From Alphaproteobacteria bacterium (lineage in GTDB: Bacteria > Pseudomonadota > Alphaproteobacteria > UBA2966 > CAIVPW01), in contig JABHVE010000014.1 of the NCBI GenBank assembly GCA_018658465.1, positions 1 through 53,224 of the forward strand: DNA of 53,224 nucleotides. Direction: 5' to 3'. The notes under the pieces are model-generated. The model did no database searches, had not been told where the DNA came from, and saw nothing but the letters and a program-made list of their open reading frames with translations. The translations under genes and the position numbers were made by a program. Shown in pieces: positions 38,617 through 49,750 of the stretch. Position 1 is the first letter of the stretch. Each line of letters begins with the position of its first letter.

Positions 38617-39558
38617 ATGGCTGACACCGCGACGAAAAAGAAGCATACGGTTTTGGGAATCGTTGGCGACTCCGCCACCGGCAAAACCACCCTGACCAAG
38701 GGCATTGCCGATATCCTGGGACCAGACCGGGTCACCACCATCTGCACCGATGACTATCACCGTTATGACCGGGTGGAGCGTTCGGAAAATGGCCTGTCGG
38801 CTTTGGACCCGCGCTGCAATTACATCGACATCATGGAGCAGCACGTCAAACAGATTTCCGAGGGCAAGCCCATCCTGCGGCCGGTTTACAGCCACCACGA
38901 CGGCACCTTGGAACGCCCGATCTATGAAGAACCCAAAGAGTTCATCGTCTTCGAAGGGCTGCTGGGCTTCACTACCCGGTCGCTACGCGACCTGTTCGAC
39001 GTGAAGGTTTTTCTGGAACCCGATGAAGACCTGCGGATCCGCTGGAAGGTCGACCGGGATACCGGCAAGCGCGGCTACTCCAAAGAAGAAGTGATGAAGT
39101 CACTGAAGAAACGCGAAAGCGACAGCCCTGAATTTATCATGCCTCAGCGGACCTTCGCCGACATCGTGGTGCAGTTCTATCCGCCTGAGGAAAATGCCGA
39201 AGAATCCGGCGCGCATTTGAACGTACGTCACACCCTGCGCCCAACACTGCCGCACCCGGATTTGTCACCGATTTTGCAGTCCGGCGTACAAAATGGACTG
39301 CATCTGGAATTGGTCCGCGATGCCGACGGCAAGCCGGTGGACGTGTTGGAAATTCCCGGAAACATCACCGACGATTCCGCTGGCAAGTTGGAAGACCTGA
39401 TTTGGTCTTTGCTGCCAGAAGCCCAAGAGCTGCGCGCCAACGTTGGCAAATTCACCGACGGCAGCAATGCACCTCACATGAGCCACCCCCTTGCGCTGAC
39501 ACAGCTGTTGATCGCCTTCCACATGGTCAAAGCTCAGGTCGGCGTGCACGCGATCTAA
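38617..39558 (+). CDS. prk: Phosphoribulokinase of the cyanobacterial/actinobacterial-like type
   Basis: GIVGDSATGKTT, DDYHRYDR, NYIDIMEQH, EGLL, WKVDRD-x-x-KRGY; located inside the cbb operon. Confidence 0.9.
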   Translation: MADTATKKKHTVLGIVGDSATGKTTLTKGIADILGPDRVTTICTDDYHRYDRVERSENGLSALDPRCNYIDIMEQHVKQISEGKPILRPVYSHHDGTLERPIYEEPKEFIVFEGLLGFTTRSLRDLFDVKVFLEPDEDLRIRWKVDRDTGKRGYSKEEVMKSLKKRESDSPEFIMPQRTFADIVVQFYPPEENAEESGAHLNVRHTLRPTLPHPDLSPILQSGVQNGLHLELVRDADGKPVDVLEIPGNITDDSAGKLEDLIWSLLPEAQELRANVGKFTDGSNAPHMSHPLALTQLLIAFHMVKAQVGVHAI

Positions 39559-39581
39559 TTTTTATATAGTCGGAGGCCACC

Positions 39582-41564
39582 ATGGCAGAAAATACAAACG
39601 TCACGCACGACCAGATGGCTAACGCCATCCGCGCCCTGTCCATGGACGCCGTGGAGGCTGCAAATTCAGGCCATCCCGGCATGCCCATGGGGATGGCCGA
39701 TGTGGCCACTGTGCTGTTCACAAAGTTCCTGAAATACGATCCGTCTCAGCCCGATTGGGCAGACCGGGATCGCTTTGTGTTGTCCGCCGGCCATGGCTCG
39801 ATGCTGCTGTATTCGTTGCTGTATTTGACCGGCTACCCGGAAATGACCATCGACGAAATCAAGCATTTCCGCCAACTGGGGGCGAAGACCGCAGGCCATC
39901 CGGAGTACGGTCACGCTCCGGGGATTGAGACCACCACCGGGCCCCTGGGTCAGGGCATTGCCACCGCCGTTGGCATGGCCATAGCCGAGCGTCATTTGGC
40001 GGCCGAATTCGGTGACGATGTGGTCGATCACACCACCTATGTGATCGCCGGCGACGGGTGCTTGATGGAAGGCATCAGCCACGAAGCGATCTCGTTCGCC
40101 GGGCACTTGCGCCTCGGCAAACTGGTCGTCATGTGGGACGACAACGACATCTGCATCGACGGCCCCACATCCATGACAGTCAGCGATGACCAAATTGCCC
40201 GATTTAAAGCCTCTGGCTGGAACACCATGGCATGCGACGGCCACGACCCAGCAGCGGTGGAAAAATGCCTTGCAGCGGCGCAAGGCAGCGACAAGCCGAC
40301 TTTCATTGCCTGCAAGACCACCATTGCTTTCGGCTCCCCCAACAAGGGTGGCACATCGGCGGCACATGGCGCGGCTTTGGGCGCCGACGAAATCGCCGCG
40401 ACCCGCAAGCAATTGGGATGGGAACACGGCCCCTTCGAAATTCCCCAGGACATCATGGCCGCATGGCGCCTAGCCGGAACACGGGCGGCGAAGGCCGCAG
40501 CAGATTGGCAAATTCGTCTGGACGCTTCGGCGAAGAAGGCAGAATTCGGACGCCGCATTGCCGGTATTTTGCCGGAAAATTGGCTCGATGCAGTCAACGC
40601 GCTGAAAATTCGCTTGGCCGATGAAGCCCCGGCCATGGCCACCCGCAACGCCAGCCAAGAGGCGCTTGAGGTGATTAATCCGGCGGTGCCGGAAACCGTT
40701 GGCGGCTCCGCCGATCTGACCGGTTCAGTGAACACGTTGACGAAGGACTTGGGCGCCCTGAGCAGCGACAATTACGGTGGGCGTTATGTTCATTACGGAG
40801 TGCGCGAACACGCCATGGGCGCTGCCATGAACGGCATGGCATTGCACGGCGGCATGATCCCGTACGCCGGTACATTTTTTGTGTTCACCGATTATCTGCG
40901 CCCGGCCATGCGCCTGTCGGCGCTGATGGGCATCCGGGTGATCTATGTGATGACCCACGATTCCATCGGCCTTGGCGAAGACGGCCCCACCCATCAGCCG
41001 GTCGAACACCTGGCCAGCGTACGGTCCATGCCCAACGTCATGGTCTTACGCCCGGCGGACGCAGTTGAAACCGCGGAATGCTGGTCACTGGCATTGCAAA
41101 ACGACACTGGCCCGTCGGTCATGGTTTTGACCCGCCAAAAATTGCCGGCGTTGCGCACGACCCACACGGATAAAAATCTATGCGCAATGGGCGGTTATGA
41201 AATTTCCCCGGCAGAGGGCGATGCCCGGGTAAGCTTGTTGGCCACGGGTTCCGAGGTTTCCTTGGCGGTGGAAGCACAAAAACTTTTGGCAGCCGAAGGC
41301 GTCCCCGCCCGGGTGGTTTCGATCCCATGCTGGGAATTGCTGGAAGCTTTGGACGAAGAAGCTCGGGAAGCCGTTCTTGGGGTCGACACGGTACGGATCG
41401 CCGTCGAAGCCGGGGTTTCCTATGGCTGGGACCGCTACGTCGGCAGCGACGGCGCTTTCGTCGGGATGACCTCGTTTGGCGCCTCGGCACCAGCACCGGA
41501 TCTATACGAACACTTTGGAATTACCGCCAAAGAAGTGGCGGCAGCAGCAATCGCGCACCTTTAA
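39582..41564 (+). CDS. tkt: Transketolase
   Basis: Motifs [50 protein letters not shown]. Confidence 0.97.
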   Translation: MAENTNVTHDQMANAIRALSMDAVEAANSGHPGMPMGMADVATVLFTKFLKYDPSQPDWADRDRFVLSAGHGSMLLYSLLYLTGYPEMTIDEIKHFRQLGAKTAGHPEYGHAPGIETTTGPLGQGIATAVGMAIAERHLAAEFGDDVVDHTTYVIAGDGCLMEGISHEAISFAGHLRLGKLVVMWDDNDICIDGPTSMTVSDDQIARFKASGWNTMACDGHDPAAVEKCLAAAQGSDKPTFIACKTTIAFGSPNKGGTSAAHGAALGADEIAATRKQLGWEHGPFEIPQDIMAAWRLAGTRAAKAAADWQIRLDASAKKAEFGRRIAGILPENWLDAVNALKIRLADEAPAMATRNASQEALEVINPAVPETVGGSADLTGSVNTLTKDLGALSSDNYGGRYVHYGVREHAMGAAMNGMALHGGMIPYAGTFFVFTDYLRPAMRLSALMGIRVIYVMTHDSIGLGEDGPTHQPVEHLASVRSMPNVMVLRPADAVETAECWSLALQNDTGPSVMVLTRQKLPALRTTHTDKNLCAMGGYEISPAEGDARVSLLATGSEVSLAVEAQKLLAAEGVPARVVSIPCWELLEALDEEAREAVLGVDTVRIAVEAGVSYGWDRYVGSDGAFVGMTSFGASAPAPDLYEHFGITAKEVAAAAIAHL

Positions 41565-41581
41565 ATCGGGAGGCAGGGACA

Positions 41582-42592
41582 ATGGCAGCAACTCGCGTAG
41601 CAATTAACGGATTCGGCCGCATTGGCAGACTGGCACTGCGGGCCCTTGTGGAATCAAAACGCAAGGACATCAAAGTCATCGCCATCAACGATCTTGGCCC
41701 GGTGGCGACCAATGCTCACTTGCTGAAACACGATTCAATCCACGGGGAATTCCCCGGCAAGGTCAAAACCTTCAAAAACGCCATCGATGTGGGCGCGGGA
41801 AAAATTCAGGTGTTTGCGGAACGCAACCCCCTGGACCTGCCATGGAAAGAACTGAAAATCGACGTGGTTCTGGAATGCACCGGCTTTTTCACCAAGCGTG
41901 AAGATGCCGCTATGCACATCAAGGCAGGGGCCAAGCGCGTTCTGGTTTCGGCTCCGGCTGCTGGCGCTGATCTCACCGTGGTTTACGGGGTGAACGACAA
42001 GAAATTGCGGAAGAAACACAAGGTCATTTCCAACGCCTCGTGCACCACCAATTGCTTGGCACCGGTGGCTCAGACCCTGAACAACTCCATCGGCATTGCC
42101 CAGGGGTTCATGACCACAATCCACGCCTATACGGCGGACCAACGGGTCCAGGACACCTTGCACGGTGATTTGCGCCGGGCCCGTTCGGCGGCATCGTCGA
42201 TCATTCCGTCGTCCACCGGTGCGGCCAAGGCCGTTGGTCTGGTTCTGCCGGAACTGGCAGGCAAACTGGACGGCACCGCCATGCGGGTCCCCGTCATCAA
42301 CGTCTCGGTGGTGGATTTAAAATTCAATTCCAAGAAGCCGACGGATGTGGAGTCGGTAAACGCCGCGCTGATCAAAGCTTCAAAGGGCCCCTTAAAAGGC
42401 ATATTGAAAGTCACGAACGAGCCCCTGGTTTCGACGGACTTCAACCACACGATGGCGAGTTCCACCATCGATCTGAGCCAGACCCAAGTGGTGGGCAACA
42501 AATTCGTTCGGATTATGTCTTGGTATGACAACGAGTGGGGCTTTGCTAACCGCATGCTCGACACCGCGTCGGCCATCGGCAAACTCGGCTAG
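41582..42592 (+). CDS. gap: Type I glyceraldehyde-3-phosphate dehydrogenase
   Basis: INGFGRIGR, SNASCTTNCLAP, WYDNEWGF; GGAGG RBS before ATG 41582. Confidence 0.97.
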   Translation: MAATRVAINGFGRIGRLALRALVESKRKDIKVIAINDLGPVATNAHLLKHDSIHGEFPGKVKTFKNAIDVGAGKIQVFAERNPLDLPWKELKIDVVLECTGFFTKREDAAMHIKAGAKRVLVSAPAAGADLTVVYGVNDKKLRKKHKVISNASCTTNCLAPVAQTLNNSIGIAQGFMTTIHAYTADQRVQDTLHGDLRRARSAASSIIPSSTGAAKAVGLVLPELAGKLDGTAMRVPVINVSVVDLKFNSKKPTDVESVNAALIKASKGPLKGILKVTNEPLVSTDFNHTMASSTIDLSQTQVVGNKFVRIMSWYDNEWGFANRMLDTASAIGKLG

Positions 42593-42607
42593 TTGGGGCA
42601 AGGACGC

Positions 42608-43846
42608 GTGACCAACTTCGCAACTCTGAACGATCTGGACGTCAAGGGCCGCCGCGTATTGGTGCGCTCTGATCTGAACGTGCCGGTGCAGGATGGCGTT
42701 ATTTCTGACGCCACCCGCATTGATCGTGGCTCGATTACCATTGCCGAGCTTAGTGCTGCGGGGGCCAAGGTAATCGTCCTTTCCCATTTCCGCCGGCCGT
42801 TGGGTCAGCGCATTCCGGAAATGAGTCTGCGGCCGGTGGCCAAGGGTCTGTCCGATGCCTTGGGCGGAAAGGCCGTTGCCTTTTCCGACGATTGCATTGG
42901 CGAAGTGGCAATAAAGGCGGTCGCCGCCATGAAAAACGGCGACATTCTGCTGTTGGAAAATGTGCGGTTCCACAAAGGCGAAGAAGCCAACGATCCGGAA
43001 TTTGCCAAATCGTTGGCAGCCCTGGGCGATCTGTACGTGAACGATGCCTTCAGCTGCGCCCACCGCGCCCATGCCTCCACCGAGGCCTTGGCCGGCCTGT
43101 TGCCCAGTGCCGCTGGACGCAATATGGAAGCCGAACTGAGTGCCCTGGACAGCGCCCTGGGCACGCCAGAACGCCCGGTTGCCGCCGTGGTCGGTGGCGC
43201 CAAAATTTCCAGCAAACTGGAATTGCTTACGTCGTTGGTAGATAAGGTCGATACCCTGGTCATTGGCGGTGCCATGGCCAATACATTTTTGCAGGCCCGC
43301 GGGTTTTCCGTGGGCACCAGCCTGTGCGAGCCCGACCTGGTGGCGGTGGCCCGAACCATCGATTTGCGGGCCAGCGCCACGGCATGCGATTTGGTGCTGC
43401 CGTTTGAAGTGGTGATCGCCGAGTCCCTCACCGAAGGAGCACCGACCAGGACCATTTCCGCCGGCGAAGTGCCCGAGGACATGATGATCCTGGATGTGGG
43501 ACCGGCTGCGGTTTCTGAAACCGTCCGTCGTCTGACCCTGTGCAAGACTGTGGTTTGGAACGGTCCCATGGGGGCCTTCGAGATCCCGCCATTCGACGCG
43601 GGCACTAACGCCGTGGCCCAGGCGGTTGGCACTCTGTGCCGCCAAGGGGACCTGCTGGCGGTGGCCGGTGGCGGCGACACGGTCTCAGCATTGACCAACG
43701 CCGGGGTCGCAGATGAATTTACGTACCTGTCCACCGCGGGCGGGGCGTTTTTAGAGTGGTTAGAGGGCAAAGAGTTGCCGGGGGTCGCGGCCCTTAGCAA
43801 GGCAGCTGCAAAAGCCCCGGCCCAAGAGAATTTGGCACAAGTGTAG
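42608..43846 (+). CDS. pgk: Phosphoglycerate kinase
   Basis: VRSDLNVP, LLENVRF, NDAF-x-x-AHRAH, GGAKIS, WNGPMG, GGGDT, STAGGAFLE; GTG start. Confidence 0.97.
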   Translation: MTNFATLNDLDVKGRRVLVRSDLNVPVQDGVISDATRIDRGSITIAELSAAGAKVIVLSHFRRPLGQRIPEMSLRPVAKGLSDALGGKAVAFSDDCIGEVAIKAVAAMKNGDILLLENVRFHKGEEANDPEFAKSLAALGDLYVNDAFSCAHRAHASTEALAGLLPSAAGRNMEAELSALDSALGTPERPVAAVVGGAKISSKLELLTSLVDKVDTLVIGGAMANTFLQARGFSVGTSLCEPDLVAVARTIDLRASATACDLVLPFEVVIAESLTEGAPTRTISAGEVPEDMMILDVGPAAVSETVRRLTLCKTVVWNGPMGAFEIPPFDAGTNAVAQAVGTLCRQGDLLAVAGGGDTVSALTNAGVADEFTYLSTAGGAFLEWLEGKELPGVAALSKAAAKAPAQENLAQV

Positions 43847-43890
43847 ATCGGCCGCATTGGGCGGCAAACAACTCGACACGACATTCATGA

Positions 43891-45360
<1,470 letters not shown>

Positions 45361-45376
45361 CGGATAGGAGAAAACA

Positions 45377-45796
45377 ATGAAACTTACGCAAGGCACGTTT
45401 TCGTTTTTGCCCGATCTGACAGACGACGAGATCAAGGCACAAATTCAATACGCCATGGATCAAGGTTGGGCGTTGAATGTCGAATATACGGACGATCCAC
45501 ATCCCCGTAACACCTATTGGGAACTGTGGTGCCAGCCGATGTTTGACACCACCGATCCGGCAGCCGTAATGATGGAAGTCGCTGAATGCCGCAAGGTGTA
45601 TGGCAACATGTACATCAAGGTGAATTCGTTCGATAACACCCGCGGCAGAGAAACGGTTTCCATGTCGTTCATCGTGAACCGTCCCAAGGACGAACCGGGA
45701 TTTGGCGTTTCCCGCGAGGAATCTCATGGCCGCAACATCCGCTATCGGATTCACAGCTACGCCACCGATAAGCCGGAAGGCCGCCGCTACGAATAG
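45377..45796 (+). CDS. cbbS: Rubisco small subunit, red type
   Basis: MKLTQGTFSFLPDL, TDDPHPRNTYWE, C-terminal hairpin extension GRNIRYRIHSYA. Confidence 0.98.
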   Translation: MKLTQGTFSFLPDLTDDEIKAQIQYAMDQGWALNVEYTDDPHPRNTYWELWCQPMFDTTDPAAVMMEVAECRKVYGNMYIKVNSFDNTRGRETVSMSFIVNRPKDEPGFGVSREESHGRNIRYRIHSYATDKPEGRRYE

Positions 45797-45810
45797 GCGG
45801 TCCATTGGAC

Positions 45811-45838
45811 GCTGGGGTGGGATCAGTCCTGCCCCAGC
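45811..45838 (+). other. Intergenic stem-loop between cbbS and cbbX
   Basis: GCTGGGGTGGGA-TCAG-TCCTGCCCCAGC, with no U-tract immediately after. Confidence 0.6.
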
Positions 45839-45850
45839 CTCCCAATTTGG

Positions 45851-46798
45851 ATGCAAATGACAGAAGAACTGACGACCGAAGAGACTGAAAATGGCGACGG
45901 GGGCAACGAAGCCCCCAAAAAACCGCTGGCGACCTCGTTTGACCTCCAGGCCGAATACGAAGGGTCACACATCCAGGACACCCTGGATCAGCTTGACAAA
46001 GAGCTGGTTGGGCTGGACCCGGTAAAGGCTCGGATCCGAGAAATTGCAGCGCTGTTGCTGGTTTCCAAAGCCCGCCGAGAATTGGGGTTAGAGACCGAGC
46101 CCCCCACCCTGCATATGTCGTTTACCGGCAATCCCGGTACCGGCAAAACCACGGTGGGACTGCGCATGGCCGACATCCTTCATAAATTGGGATATGTGCG
46201 CCAAGGCCACATGGTCAGCGTTACCCGGGATGATTTGGTTGGCCAATACATCGGCCATACCGCACCGAAGACCCGCGAAGTGATCAAGAAGGCAATGGGC
46301 GGCGTGCTGTTCATTGACGAGGCGTACTACCTGTATCGCCCGGAAAACGAGCGCGACTATGGCCAAGAAGCGATCGAAATTTTGCTTCAGGTTATGGAAA
46401 ATAATCGCGACGACCTGGTGGTGGTTTTGGCAGGCTATGCCGACAAAATGGAGATCTTTTTCCGCAGCAATCCAGGCTTTCGCTCGCGCATCGCCCACCA
46501 TCTGGAATTTCCGGATTATTCGAAGGGTGAATTGCATGAAATTGCCCAATTGATGATGGAAAACCAGTCCTACAAATTTAGCGACGAGGCTCAGGAAGTT
46601 CTGCGGGAATACATTACCTTGCGCATGACCCAGTCGCATTTTGCCAACGCGCGGTCGATCCGCAACGCCATAGACCGCGCCAAGCTGCGCCAAGCGAATC
46701 GCTTGTTCGATGACCGATCCGGCAAACCCCTTGATCGGGACGCTTTGATGACCATCGAGGCTTCCGACATCCAGGCCAGCCGCATTTTCACGATGTAG
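45851..46798 (+). CDS. cbbX: Red-type Rubisco activase CbbX
   Basis: [56 protein letters not shown]. Start is 45851 or 45857. Confidence 0.98.
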   Translation: MQMTEELTTEETENGDGGNEAPKKPLATSFDLQAEYEGSHIQDTLDQLDKELVGLDPVKARIREIAALLLVSKARRELGLETEPPTLHMSFTGNPGTGKTTVGLRMADILHKLGYVRQGHMVSVTRDDLVGQYIGHTAPKTREVIKKAMGGVLFIDEAYYLYRPENERDYGQEAIEILLQVMENNRDDLVVVLAGYADKMEIFFRSNPGFRSRIAHHLEFPDYSKGELHEIAQLMMENQSYKFSDEAQEVLREYITLRMTQSHFANARSIRNAIDRAKLRQANRLFDDRSGKPLDRDALMTIEASDIQASRIFTM

Positions 46799-46821
46799 TC
46801 TTCGGGAACTCAGGAAAAATC

Positions 46822-47379
46822 ATGGCAAAAAGTGGCGGAATTGGACCCCTTATCCCTGTTGCAGTAACTGGCGTCATGTTCGCCGTGGTTCTGGGAATAT
46901 TTTTCGGCTCTCAGTCGGACCCTGATCCGATTGCAGAAGACGTGGACGTGACAGCCATTGAGCCCGATGAACCCATCGGGCCCGCCATTGCCGTGTTGCC
47001 ATTTCTGATCCGGGCGAATTCGTCTATCGCTCCGGGTGTCGCCGATAACTTGGCTGATCAGATCACGAAAAACCTAATGGAAGCCGAGGGCCTGACGGTG
47101 TCGCCAAAGGATCAGGTGGCGGTGTACGAAAACGGCGTGCGGCCATCGTTGGGGGAAATGTCCTACGATTTGCGGGTTCGTTATATTTTCCAGGCGATTA
47201 TTTATGGGGAAGACAACGAAATCCGGGTCGATGCGCGGCTGGATGACGGCATGACCGGATACACGTTGTGGACCGGAAGCTATTGGGCAGAACGGGTCAC
47301 GTTGTTCGACCTGCACACCGAAATTTCGAATTCGATTCTCAACGAAATTGGCATGGCCGACGCTGCCCCTGCAAATTAA
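46822..47379 (+). CDS. Membrane-anchored protein with a stand-alone TolB-N-like (IAVLPF) domain
   Basis: N-terminal TM, acidic linker, then IAVLPF...ADNLADQI...LRVRYI...IRVDARL...G-x-x-LW...LFDL, as in TolB-like domains of cyclases; AGGA RBS. Confidence 0.75.
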   Translation: MAKSGGIGPLIPVAVTGVMFAVVLGIFFGSQSDPDPIAEDVDVTAIEPDEPIGPAIAVLPFLIRANSSIAPGVADNLADQITKNLMEAEGLTVSPKDQVAVYENGVRPSLGEMSYDLRVRYIFQAIIYGEDNEIRVDARLDDGMTGYTLWTGSYWAERVTLFDLHTEISNSILNEIGMADAAPAN

Positions 47380-47391
47380 AGCGCAAGAGCG

Positions 47392-47475
47392 CTATCCGCC
47401 GCTGAACGACACCACCATCGCGGCGACGATGATTGCCAGCAAGGCAGCGATCAGAATTAGATCCAGGAATTTCAT
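47392..47475 (-). CDS. Possible 27-aa single-TM microprotein
   Basis: MKFLDLILIAALLAIIVAAMVVSFSGG*, starting 8 nt after the PDO stop; weak RBS. Confidence 0.4.
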   Translation of the reverse strand: MKFLDLILIAALLAIIVAAMVVSFSGG

Positions 47476-47483
47476 TGCAAGGC

Positions 47484-48554
47484 TTAAGAGCCCCCACCGT
47501 CCTGGTTTGCACCCTCGTCATAGATTACCGGGCCGCCCGCTTCCATCCAGGCCTTAATGCCGCCCACAACGCTGGCGACATCCGTTAGGCCCGCTTCTTT
47601 GGCTGCTTCCACCGCCATGGCAGACCGTTCCCCATAGGAACAGAAAAAGATCAAGCGCTTGCCCCCGGTGGTGGACTCGAATTGCAGCAAGCCACCGGGG
47701 CGAAAATATTGGTCCAACGCCGCATAGGGCGCATGGACTGATCCGGCAATGTTGGCATCGTGCCGGCGCTCCGACACTTCCCGCAAATCCACCAACAGCG
47801 CTCCATCCCCGTCAGCCTCGGCAATGGCGTCGCCGGCGGATAAGCCCCACCCTTCTTTGACTCCCTTTTCCTGGGAAAGCCCCATGGCCCGATTAGTTGG
47901 CACAGCCACATCCATCATTTTCGGACTGGGCAGCGCCAGATTGTCCATGATTTTTGCGTATTCCTCTGGGGACGACACCTGAAGTCGGGGATTGAACGCC
48001 CGTTCCTCCGCCACCGTGCTAACCGTCATGCCGTTATAATCGTGTCCGGGGAAAATCAGTGTGTCGTCGGGCAATGTCAGCAATTTGCCGAAAATTGAGT
48101 CGTAGGCTTCGTGGGAATTCCCCGCCTGGAAATCAGTGCGTCCGGTGCCACGGATGAACAGAGCATCACCAGTGAACACTCGGTCATCCATGACGAAGCT
48201 ATAGGATTCCGCCGTGTGCCCGGGGGTATGGAGGGCTTTCAGGCGCAAATCACCGGCTTCCACCCAATCGCCGTCGCGAACCCGCATGGACACCACATCC
48301 GTGGGGCTTTCCTGCCCCATCACGGTCACGCACCGGGTGGCGTCGCGCAGGGCGCCAATGCCCGATACATGATCGGCGTGCATATGGGTATCAATGGCTT
48401 TGACCAGCTTCAAATCCAGCTCGTTAATCAGTCGCAAATACTGTTCAACTTTTTCCAGCACCGGATCGATAATCAGGGCTTCCGCACCCAGGCGAGCCGC
48501 CAGCAGGTAGGTATAGGTTGCTGACCCAGAGTCGAAAATTTGGCGAAACAGCAT
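47484..48554 (-). CDS. Persulfide dioxygenase (ETHE1-like) fused to rhodanese
   Basis: FRQIFD...TYTYLL, DTHMHADH, HTPGHT, FTGDALFIRG-x-GRTDFQ, PGHDY, NPRL; rhodanese FCSYGERS. Confidence 0.92.
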   Translation of the reverse strand: MLFRQIFDSGSATYTYLLAARLGAEALIIDPVLEKVEQYLRLINELDLKLVKAIDTHMHADHVSGIGALRDATRCVTVMGQESPTDVVSMRVRDGDWVEAGDLRLKALHTPGHTAESYSFVMDDRVFTGDALFIRGTGRTDFQAGNSHEAYDSIFGKLLTLPDDTLIFPGHDYNGMTVSTVAEERAFNPRLQVSSPEEYAKIMDNLALPSPKMMDVAVPTNRAMGLSQEKGVKEGWGLSAGDAIAEADGDGALLVDLREVSERRHDANIAGSVHAPYAALDQYFRPGGLLQFESTTGGKRLIFFCSYGERSAMAVEAAKEAGLTDVASVVGGIKAWMEAGGPVIYDEGANQDGGGS

Positions 48555-48679
48555 TGGATGGGCCTTAAAAAAACCAGTCGAACAACGTGATATCCTAACA
48601 GATAGCGTCAGGTTCGGGATGACATGAGCGCCGGGTTGTGCAAACTTCGCACTTCGTAGCGCAACGCTCTGGGGAAATT

Positions 48680-49126
48680 ATGGCGAATGTGACGGTTGCG
48701 GATCATATCAAGGCACCTGCGGACAAGGTGTGGGCCCTTATTGGGCCTTTCAAATCCATTGCGGATTGGATGCCCGGATTTGAAAGTACGGAGGTCGAAG
48801 GCGCCGGTGTCGGCGCTGTGCGGGTCATAACCACCGCAGACGGCGGCAAAGTTACCGAACGGCTGCTGGCGGAAAATCCATCGCCCCTTGGCTATACCTA
48901 CGAAATTTTATCCAGCCCATTCCCCATCCAAAACTATGTGAGCACGATCATGGTGGTGGACGAGGGGGACGGGTCCTGCACCCTGTCGTGGGTGTGCAAT
49001 TTCGAGCCCGTGGACGCCCCCGAAGATGAGCTCACCCAAGCGTTTTCCGACATGTACAAGGGTGCCATCGCCAATATTCAATCATTGACCGAGGGCGACG
49101 CCCCCGAAGGCCCGGAAGCGGCATAG
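48680..49126 (+). CDS. SRPBCC (polyketide cyclase/dehydrase-like) family protein
   Basis: APADKVWALIG-x-F...WMP, GVGAVR, YTYEI...P-x-x-NY-x-S. Confidence 0.88.
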   Translation: MANVTVADHIKAPADKVWALIGPFKSIADWMPGFESTEVEGAGVGAVRVITTADGGKVTERLLAENPSPLGYTYEILSSPFPIQNYVSTIMVVDEGDGSCTLSWVCNFEPVDAPEDELTQAFSDMYKGAIANIQSLTEGDAPEGPEAA

Positions 49127-49216
49127 AGCAGATCGTGGCGCATTTTTGTGCCACGTGAATCTGATCGCATCCAAAAAACTCGCCAACGGGCGGTCGGCGA
49201 AATTTCTCGGACGACC

Positions 49217-49738
49217 CTAGTCCCAGCCCCGCCCAAGGATGCGGTCGATCTCCACCCGTCCGTGACGCCGTGGATCAGGGTCCGGCTGGGCCGAAACACT
49301 TGCTAGCATATCGATATAGTCGCCGGGCAAGGCGTGCTGTCGTGCCCCGGCCACCACCAAATCCTGGTACCAATCATAGGGCTGCAAGCCATCGTCCATG
49401 GCTTTGGGTCTAGCGTGATAGGTGGCGGCCGTCAGACTGTGGCCCAGGGGAAATTGCGTAATCTCGAACAAATCGTCGCGCAGGTAGCCGGTCCCTTCGG
49501 CCTTGTCTAAGGCAACCACATCGGGTGCAGCGATGGTGAACAGGACGCCAAAGGCATTGTGCCCCGACGCCCGTACCAGCGTGGCTTTTCCTGATCCATC
49601 CTCACTGCGTTTGGAGAACCGAACCCGGTAGCCTTCCGCGTATCCCTTGCCAATCGGATGGGCCGAGGGGCACCGTGCCCGCAATCGCTCGGTCAACATG
49701 TTCGAGCCGAAGGCGAAATATTTCACAGGATGATCCAA
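49217..49738 (-). CDS. Gamma-glutamylcyclotransferase-fold protein
   Basis: YFAFGSNM, GVLF-x-I, LDKAEG-x-x-Y, P-x-x-WY...GA...LP. Start may be GTG 49726. Confidence 0.85.
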   Translation of the reverse strand: MDHPVKYFAFGSNMLTERLRARCPSAHPIGKGYAEGYRVRFSKRSEDGSGKATLVRASGHNAFGVLFTIAAPDVVALDKAEGTGYLRDDLFEITQFPLGHSLTAATYHARPKAMDDGLQPYDWYQDLVVAGARQHALPGDYIDMLASVSAQPDPDPRRHGRVEIDRILGRGWD

Positions 49739-49750
49739 CCGGCCGCAGGG

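Noticed and set aside
38617-39558. Uridine or pantothenate kinase instead of PRK
   Set aside because: The DDYH-x-x-DR motif, the length and the position inside the cbb operon favour PRK.
42392-43884. Two long antisense ORFs (417 and 359 aa) over pgk
   Set aside because: Typical of GC-rich codon bias; no protein motifs, and fully explained by the sense gene.
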